A DNA stretch of 64,000 nucleotides, taken from positions 186,001 to 250,000 of the forward strand of contig PPNB01000001.1 in the NCBI GenBank assembly GCA_003707115.1, given 5' to 3'. The notes beneath the pieces are model-generated. The model was not told the origin of the DNA, made no database searches, and saw only the letters and a list, made by a program, of their open reading frames with translations. A program made the translations under genes and the position numbers. Positions 57,302-64,000 of the stretch are shown here, in pieces. Origin of the DNA: Tortispora ganteri. Its lineage: Eukaryota. Each line of letters starts with the position of its first letter. The first letter of the stretch is position 1.

Positions 57302-57847
57302 AAATAGAGTCTCGAAAGCAAAATTGTTGAGTGGTTGTTGTATAGATTATCGGGCGCGGGAAAAAACAAACATCCTCATAGTAACGGTCACAACGTTTTG
57401 ACTAGTGTCCTTCACTCAGCCATTGGCAAATGAAGCTATATCAGAGTCCAATATATATGTTCTAATACTGTATCAGCTGTCTTATTTGCCTTTCTTAGTG
57501 CTGAGATGCATTGCAAATTCGGGTTGCGCGTCCGGGTACACTGTAGTTTAGGAATTATGGATAAGGCATCATTAACTAAGTTTTACAAATAAAATGAGAA
57601 CATGAGGACACACGACCGCTAATAGTGTAACTACTTTTAAGATAAACTTATTCCTGACAGTGGTTTCTGGGGTTCAACATGTTATTACTATAAGCAAGTG
57701 AGTAAATTTACCTCCTTCATAGTCTTACGGCGATCCATGGATGATTTCGGGTATGAACCATTTTAAGGCCTCGACGCGGAACTTTAATTTGTCTCTTTGT
57801 CGATATATAGATACCGCCAAACTAAAATCTTTTGCAGTACTGTAACA

Positions 57848-59272
57848 ATGGACGCCGAAGAGTTCAGAAAAGCGGCGTATGAGTCGATTGATAAAATTGT
57901 AGACTACTACAAAAATCTTGGACAAAATGACACAATATCGAAAGTAGAACCTGGGTACCTCAAGAGCCTGTTGCCGGACCGGATGCCCGATACAGGAGAA
58001 TCGTGGGACGCTGTTAAAGCCGATTTAGATAGAGCTGTTATTCCTGGTTTGACAAACTGGCAGTCTCCGAATTTCTTCGCATTTTTCCCTGCTAATTCAT
58101 CGTACCCTGCTATGCTTGGGGAAATGTTTTCGACGGCTTTCACCGGAGCGGCTTTCAGCTGGATCTGTTCGCCAGTAGTTACCGAAATGGAGACTATAGT
58201 ACTAGACTGGCTTGCAAAGGCCATTGGCTTACCTGAATCTTTTCTTTCACACGGTACTGGAGGTGGAGTAATACAAGGATCAGCATCTGAAGCAGTAATT
58301 GTAGCAATGGTGGCTGCAAGAGAAAGGTATATCCAGGAGTCCAAAGTATCAGGAAAAGAGGAGAGCGATCTACGTGGTAAGCTTGTCGCTATATGTTCAG
58401 ACAACACGCACTCTTCTACTGAGAAAGCGGCAAAGATTGCCGGGGTGCGTCTGTTCAAGGTACCTACAGATCCTAATGACAACTATCGGCTTCGCGGCGC
58501 CCCACTTCAAAAGGCATTCATAGACCTAAAGGCGCAAGAATTAGTTCCCTTCTTTGTTTGCGCCAGTATTGGTACTACTACCATTTGTGGATTTGATGCC
58601 ATTGATGAGGTGGGGACTGTTTGCAAAGAGACAGACAGTCTAATTTGGCTGCATATCGATGCTGCCTATGGTGGTGCAGCGTTGATCTGTGAGGAATACA
58701 AACACTTGCTAAAAGGTGTTGAGTATGCCGACTCATTTGATGTAAACATGCACAAATGGATGTTAGTGAACTTCGACTGCTCGTGCATGTTTGTTCAACA
58801 GCGTACCAATCTTACAGACCACCTGACACTCACGCCGAGCTACTTGCGCAACCATGCGACTGATTCCGGATTGGTTATCGATTACAAGGACTGGCAATTG
58901 CCTCTTGGAAGACGTTTTCGGTCACTCAAGGTGTGGATGACAATGAGAATGTACGGTGTGGAAGGGTTCAAGAACCACATTCGTCGCAGTGTAAAACAGG
59001 CAGAGTTGTTCCATTCGTTGATTAGTAGTAACTCACAATTCCGCATTGTCACTGCGCCTAGACTTGCGTTAGTTTGCTTCCAAGTTTTTTCAAAAAACGG
59101 TGAAGATATTACTAAGGCTGTCGCGGACACTTTGAATGCTCGTAAAAAGTACTTCGTGACCTACGCAGTGACTAGCGACGGTAAAGGCATACTGAGAGTG
59201 GTTACCGGTAGCCCACAAACCGAGGATGAACACGTAAAAAGCCTCTATAACGCAATCTTGGAATTAATATAA
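57848..59272 (+). CDS. Aromatic L-amino acid decarboxylase (group II PLP enzyme)
   Basis: MDAEEFRKAAY, PGLTNWQSPNFFAFFP, GGGVIQGSASEA, HIDAAYGG, NMHKW (PLP lysine), DWQLPLGRRFRSLK; ATG at 57848. Confidence 0.94.
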   Translation: MDAEEFRKAAYESIDKIVDYYKNLGQNDTISKVEPGYLKSLLPDRMPDTGESWDAVKADLDRAVIPGLTNWQSPNFFAFFPANSSYPAMLGEMFSTAFTGAAFSWICSPVVTEMETIVLDWLAKAIGLPESFLSHGTGGGVIQGSASEAVIVAMVAARERYIQESKVSGKEESDLRGKLVAICSDNTHSSTEKAAKIAGVRLFKVPTDPNDNYRLRGAPLQKAFIDLKAQELVPFFVCASIGTTTICGFDAIDEVGTVCKETDSLIWLHIDAAYGGAALICEEYKHLLKGVEYADSFDVNMHKWMLVNFDCSCMFVQQRTNLTDHLTLTPSYLRNHATDSGLVIDYKDWQLPLGRRFRSLKVWMTMRMYGVEGFKNHIRRSVKQAELFHSLISSNSQFRIVTAPRLALVCFQVFSKNGEDITKAVADTLNARKKYFVTYAVTSDGKGILRVVTGSPQTEDEHVKSLYNAILELI

Positions 59273-59400
59273 TATTGCGTGTATTTTTTGGCATGCTTTT
59301 TTGTTATAAGCGGATGTATATTAACTAAGAGCCGTTACGAATCTATGAAATAGCAGACCTCCCAGATATAGTCGGTTTTTCACCTTGCGCTTAAGATCGA

Positions 59401-60066
59401 ATGGTTGAACGAAGACCGAACCCAGAAGGTTGGGTGCCTCCAAAAGCACCTTATAATCCGTATGATCCGTCAGATATTCGTCCGGCTAAGGGATACCCTA
59501 GCGAATTTTTACCTTTGACTCAACCGCTGATTCAACCCAATAATGGCCAGGCAGCTCCCCCTGGTGCATCAGTAAAAAGACTAGAATACACTCCTAGACC
59601 GCCTTCAGATCTTTATCCAGGTCAATATAAAGTCCTGAAACGATTACCACCATCCAAATATATCAAAGGTGCTAAATTTGTTTCATATATTCTCGGTGCC
59701 GGTATACTTACATATGGTGTATTCTTCATGCGGTGGAATGACGGCTATGAAACTGCGCTTTCTCCGTTTTACAGGTTCAGGCTTCGGATGCAACAGCGAC
59801 TTGGTTTCGCTCTATCAGAACAAGACAAACAGGATTTGATTCCAAAAAAGGCGCAATCGGTCATACGTGTGGTAGATTTAGCTCCTAAAAGTGATATGGG
59901 AATCTCAGAAAACAGCACCGCTATCATGGAGCGCCCTCGCAGACACCACTTCGTTGAAGCGGAACGAATCAGAATGGATAGAGAAGAAGCTGTACTGAGA
60001 GCTACGGCAATAGCTGAAGAAGAAATAAGAAAAAGACAAAATAAAAAATGGTATAAGATTTTCTGA
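59401..60066 (+). CDS. Hypothetical single-pass membrane protein
   Basis: 221-aa ORF, Pro-rich N-terminus, one TM segment FVSYILGAGILTYGVFF, charged tail ending KKWYKIF. Confidence 0.7.
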   Translation: MVERRPNPEGWVPPKAPYNPYDPSDIRPAKGYPSEFLPLTQPLIQPNNGQAAPPGASVKRLEYTPRPPSDLYPGQYKVLKRLPPSKYIKGAKFVSYILGAGILTYGVFFMRWNDGYETALSPFYRFRLRMQQRLGFALSEQDKQDLIPKKAQSVIRVVDLAPKSDMGISENSTAIMERPRRHHFVEAERIRMDREEAVLRATAIAEEEIRKRQNKKWYKIF

Positions 60067-60070
60067 GCTG

Positions 60071-61381
60071 TCAACGAATCAGGTAAGCTTCGTGATTGTC
60101 AATATTTTCATGAAGGTCTATTATATGACTTCCAAACAAGTTTGGCTCAAGTATAGGCGAAGAAGACTTAATTTTTGACCAAATGTCATAAAATCTAAGA
60201 GACTCATCTGAAGCTGCGACACAAATAGTTGTACCATCAGGTGAAGTCGCACTGTTTAGTGCGCGCACATATGGTCCCCATTCTATTTGCCTTGCAACAG
60301 TGCACGAAGGAACGTTAAAGACCGTAATCCTCGTTTTGTGCTCCGGATTTGGGTAACCAAATGTCGCATATAATTGTCTACAGTGTGCAGACCAGCCAAT
60401 TGAAGTGACTTGGGCCTTAACATTTATCGTTTTCAGTAAGGTGCCAGTTTTAGAATGCCAGAACCGCAATGTCTTGTCGTTTGAACCACCACCAGTACAA
60501 AGCAAACTTGGTCTGTTAGGACAAAAGGCCATTGCCTTTACAGCTGCCCTATGCTGCCTTTTATACCTCTCTGTTATGGTGATTTTGTGCGCGCTTATAT
60601 TGGATATGTCCATCATAGTATAGCTGTTATCGTTTGAGCCAGAGGCAAGCTGAGAGTCATCGGGAGAGAAGCAAAGGCCGCATATGAGCTGCAATTGTGC
60701 TTTATGCATACCTGTTATATGTAATCCAGTTTCTGTAGCATTGAATATAGTCACGTTCCCGCATTCGTCGCCTACAGCCAGTATGTTGTGATTTATGCTA
60801 GCCCATGCCATTGAGCATATACCTGAAGCCAGTTTGTACCGCAGTGGAGCAGATCTCGACTGCAGGGCGTGGGGGCTCCAGCAAGAAATCCGTCCATCGA
60901 TTCGCCCTATAGCTAAAAATTCTGCCTTTGAAGAACTTACAACTGAGATTTGAGACGTATAAGCGTCAGGTAAAGATATGACTCCATGATCTTCAGACCA
61001 TATATACAGTTCAGATCCGAGAGCAACGACCAAGGAGCCTGAGGACATCCAAGTTAAGGAATTGGTATAGAAATCGTCCCTCATTGAAGGAGCATCTAGT
61101 ATTTTAAAGGGTAATAGATTGGGTATATCTTCTTTCCTTGTCGGGGTAATGGTATTGGTATGGGTATCATACTGCAGAGAGGGTGATTGTTGTTGCTGAT
61201 GATGCGAAGTTGTGAAGAAATTCAGTACTCTTTCGCAATCTACACCGAGCGCATTCGCCACTGCAGTTTCGTGGTCTTTATTGTCATTTGTATGAAGAGT
61301 TAGCTTAAATTTTGGTGGAGACAATTCTGCCGCTATAAATCTATCTAGCCGCTTTTTTGGACTAGGCGTTCTTGGAAGCAT
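60071..61381 (-). CDS. AMA1: Cdc20/Fizzy-family APC/C activator, Ama1-like (meiotic)
   Basis: C-box DRFI, PFKILDAPSMRDDFY, WD40 repeats, VAASDESLRFY, FGSHIIDLHENI and terminal IR motif. Confidence 0.75.
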   Translation of the reverse strand: MLPRTPSPKKRLDRFIAAELSPPKFKLTLHTNDNKDHETAVANALGVDCERVLNFFTTSHHQQQQSPSLQYDTHTNTITPTRKEDIPNLLPFKILDAPSMRDDFYTNSLTWMSSGSLVVALGSELYIWSEDHGVISLPDAYTSQISVVSSSKAEFLAIGRIDGRISCWSPHALQSRSAPLRYKLASGICSMAWASINHNILAVGDECGNVTIFNATETGLHITGMHKAQLQLICGLCFSPDDSQLASGSNDNSYTMMDISNISAHKITITERYKRQHRAAVKAMAFCPNRPSLLCTGGGSNDKTLRFWHSKTGTLLKTINVKAQVTSIGWSAHCRQLYATFGYPNPEHKTRITVFNVPSCTVARQIEWGPYVRALNSATSPDGTTICVAASDESLRFYDIWSKIKSSSPILEPNLFGSHIIDLHENIDNHEAYLIR

Positions 61382-61468
61382 AAGGGTATTGGCAGAAGAG
61401 AAGATTATAAGCAGACAGTAAAGTATATCTTGGGAGTTTTATCTGCCGGCACTTTCTTAGATCACGAT

Positions 61469-61838
61469 ATGCCGTCGAGGTAAGTATACTGTTCACGTCA
61501 AATACTTGATGGCCTCGGATAATTACTAACAAAACAGCTGTAAAGATTTGCGTACATCATTTGCGATCTGTCTTCAAAGGTCGCCATGTGTACTGATAGA
61601 TCGACATACGCCCAAAGAATGCATGGAGAATGACGAACTAAGAGCCACTTTGCCTACGGAGTGTGAACTGCGACTGAAAGCGTTCATCAAATGCAAGAGA
61701 GGACTGGTTGATTTCCGTAAACGAATGCGCGGTAATGGGCCACTATCTACTGGTAAATATGATGAACAGTACGAGAAGCTGTGTGAAGGCGATTTCGACC
61801 CGTATGAAGAACTGAAAAAAAATAATCCTATTATATAG
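61469..61838 (+). CDS. PET191: Cytochrome c oxidase assembly factor Pet191/Coa5 (twin Cx9C-type), spliced
   Basis: Exon 1 61469-61479, 58-nt intron GTAAGT...TACTAAC-AAAACAG, exon 2 61538-61838; MPSSCKDLR...CLQRSPCV...CKRGLVDFRKRMRGNGPLSTGKYD. Confidence 0.93.
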
Positions 61839-61920
61839 GATTGATTTCAAAGACCGCTAATGTTATACCACTGATTAAATATTTCTCACCTTTCACCTGA
61901 TTATGCACTTCTGCTTTCAA

Positions 61921-62973
61921 TCATGCTTTTCTTCTCTTAGACCTGGTTGCGCTCTTTGTTTTAACTACCTTCTTTGGTTTAGCTTTTCGCTTCCTCGACC
62001 GCCGTTTCTTTACACTTGCAGTACTAATAGCAGGAGGCGAATGAAGAAGAGGTGGAATCGCAGTCGGAGATTGAATCTCGCGTATTCGTTGTAAAAACAT
62101 CTCTGTGTCGTTGATATGGCTTCGAGTAGACTTATATTTGGATGTGTACAATCGGATCTTGACAGTAAGTTCATCGATACTGTGTTGGATCGGTATAATG
62201 TCGGTTTCTGACGACTCTTTAAACTTTTGTAGATCCGCTAACTGGATTTCTATATCTGCTAGTCTCTGTGTGATTAGTTCTTTCTCTTCCAGAAGATCTT
62301 TCTCTTCATTTTCAATAAACTGAACTTCCCGCTGAGGCAGTTTCGATTTTTGCTCATTAAGTTCGCTTTCCATCATGGTAAGTTTCTGTTGAATTTCGCG
62401 TTCCTTTTCGCGTTCATAGTTTATATATGTTACTAATAGAGCTTCCTTCTCATTTTTTTCGTTTATACTCACGGAATCAGGCCCTGCTTTTAATAGTTCC
62501 TGCACCTGTGTCATATCGAACTCGTCGCTCGTCTGCTCAGGGGAATTTGTATGTGTTTGTTCACATTTTAAATGCTCAGCTGTAATAGAACGTTCAGATA
62601 TAAATGGTAAACTATCACTTGGATCATAATCGTCAGAATTACTGGGTACATATTGAGCACTATTTATATTGCTGACCTGATTATGTGGATCGAGCACTTG
62701 GAGTTGACTACTCCGTTCGTAATGTTCATTAGGATTGGCAAGGGCTGGCACTATTTTGCTTATCATCTCGACAAACTTTTCAGATATTCCAGATTCCTTG
62801 ATTATGTAGTCTCTTGGAAATCCTGCCTTTTCAAGCGCCAAAAAGGCTTCAACTCCCTTGGCTATAGCTTCCATTTCGGAGAATCGCAATAGAGTTATTC
62901 GTGGGGTTGTTAGGCAAATATGGTGCACGTCACACATGGTCGTCGTTATATCACTCAGATAATTAAGATCCAT
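61921..62973 (-). CDS. Hypothetical coiled-coil protein with basic NLS-like tail; start uncertain
   Basis: 350-aa ORF, long Glu/Lys/Gln heptad region, C-terminal KKRRSRKRKAKPKK; a downstream Met (MEAIAKG) may be the real start. Confidence 0.62.
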   Translation of the reverse strand: MDLNYLSDITTTMCDVHHICLTTPRITLLRFSEMEAIAKGVEAFLALEKAGFPRDYIIKESGISEKFVEMISKIVPALANPNEHYERSSQLQVLDPHNQVSNINSAQYVPSNSDDYDPSDSLPFISERSITAEHLKCEQTHTNSPEQTSDEFDMTQVQELLKAGPDSVSINEKNEKEALLVTYINYEREKEREIQQKLTMMESELNEQKSKLPQREVQFIENEEKDLLEEKELITQRLADIEIQLADLQKFKESSETDIIPIQHSIDELTVKIRLYTSKYKSTRSHINDTEMFLQRIREIQSPTAIPPLLHSPPAISTASVKKRRSRKRKAKPKKVVKTKSATRSKRRKA

Positions 62974-62976
62974 TTA

Positions 62977-62985
62977 GTGACTCAT
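62977..62985. promoter_or_regulatory. Gcn4/Cpc1 (AP-1)-type site
   Basis: GTGACTCAT ending 29 bp upstream of ATG 63015. Confidence 0.5.
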
Positions 62986-63014
62986 CTTCTTCCTTCCCCT
63001 GACGGACATATCGA

Positions 63015-64000
63015 ATGTCGAGCCATACGCATGTGCAGCTGTTCAACGAACCACATAGCATACTACATATAGCTAATGATCAGTTGAAGCTGTTTACTTA
63101 TTCTATCATCAATCTTTTGAAATCCGCAAAAGATGACGACGACTCCGAAGAAGATCTAACTACTGTGTCCATCACGCCTATAGAATCCACCGTGATATGC
63201 CCAACCAGATACATAAAAAAATTCTTTCAGCCTATTTTTGACTTATTAGGATCTCAGGACCGATCGCAATTGCTTGATGGTGATTTTTTCGCCATACAAG
63301 TCGACGGCGACGCCGGTCAAGCTGGATCACAAGTTCTGGCGCTCACCTCTCCTCTCGCAAATGCCAATATCCCTATTTTTTTCCTCACCACTTACTTCTC
63401 TGACTACGTCCTCGCACCTATGCAGTCCAAAAACACTGTTACAAAACTTCTAGAATCAAAAGGCTACATCTTCTATTCGATGTCCAACTCCTATATATCT
63501 GTCGCTTCTAGCAATGATTCGTCCGGTTCCGGCACTCCAAATCTGCACCCTATCTCCACTCCCCTAGTTGAAGCTCCCAATTTAAACAAGAATGCCACTG
63601 TACCTCATGCGCAAGCATCTCATAGAATATTGCTTACTTCTGCTCGTGCTGACCGCCTCGAATCATTCTATCTCTCTCTTATGGAACTACTCTGCAACCC
63701 TCCTACTTACATGTCGTTAGCTCTTGCTTCAATGTCAACACCGTCACTCATGATAGATGAACCTCTCGCAAAGGATCTTTTGAGCAAAAATATATTGCAA
63801 GGTGCTGACGGCGAAGTGCTGGTACCTTTGACCTTAGATCTTACTCACATGCCTGCCGATATATCTGGTGTCGTTTACTGGGTCGCTTCTCAGCTGGTGT
63901 CCTCTGACGGTTCTGGAATTCCTATGAGTTATCTGTCTACAGCCCTGGCCGGTACTGTTCTAGTGCCCGATACAGACCTAGATGCTGCTGTCGAGACGTT
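63015..64000 (+). CDS. CASTOR-like tandem ACT-domain protein (3' truncated by window; absent from ORF track)
   Basis: Translated by hand, open to the window end: MSSHTHVQLFNEPHSILHI...VSITPIESTVICP...LTSPLANANIPIFFLTTYFSDYVLAP...SGVVYWVASQL...MSYLSTALAGTVLVP. Confidence 0.82.
   Translation, partial: MSSHTHVQLFNEPHSILHIANDQLKLFTYSIINLLKSAKDDDDSEEDLTTVSITPIESTVICPTRYIKKFFQPIFDLLGSQDRSQLLDGDFFAIQVDGDAGQAGSQVLALTSPLANANIPIFFLTTYFSDYVLAPMQSKNTVTKLLESKGYIFYSMSNSYISVASSNDSSGSGTPNLHPISTPLVEAPNLNKNATVPHAQASHRILLTSARADRLESFYLSLMELLCNPPTYMSLALASMSTPSLMIDEPLAKDLLSKNILQGADGEVLVPLTLDLTHMPADISGVVYWVASQLVSSDGSGIPMSYLSTALAGTVLVPDTDLDAAVET

Overview
Eukaryotic, very gene-dense chromosomal DNA from an ascomycete yeast. 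Ptr3, Gsf2 and Bud4/Int1 orthologues point to Saccharomycotina. CTG encodes invariant Leu in DLKPEN of Sky1 and CHLNLHKTF of Gcv2, so the standard code applies. I find about 37 protein-coding genes, two of them cut by the window edges (Aurora kinase at the left, a CASTOR-like ACT protein at the right that the ORF track misses). There are eight spliceosomal introns (seven of 49-61 nt, one of 147 nt), one intron-containing tRNA-Ser(UGA) and an (AAAAG)15 microsatellite. I see no transposon, rDNA unit or gene cluster. Most genes are housekeeping genes. The most notable items are: (1) a PUS1 5' end where splicing versus intron retention gives two in-frame N-termini, one NLS-like and one presequence-like; (2) a Nup159 orthologue with essentially no FG repeats; (3) an Slh1/Rqt2 helicase whose second ATPase cassette has degenerated; (4) a CASTOR-like amino-acid-sensor gene with a perfect Gcn4-type site just upstream; (5) extreme intergenic compaction (4-53 bp gaps) contrasting with a 2.6 kb ORF-free region upstream of an Sfl1-like factor. 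Gene names come from recalled family motifs, not from database searches.
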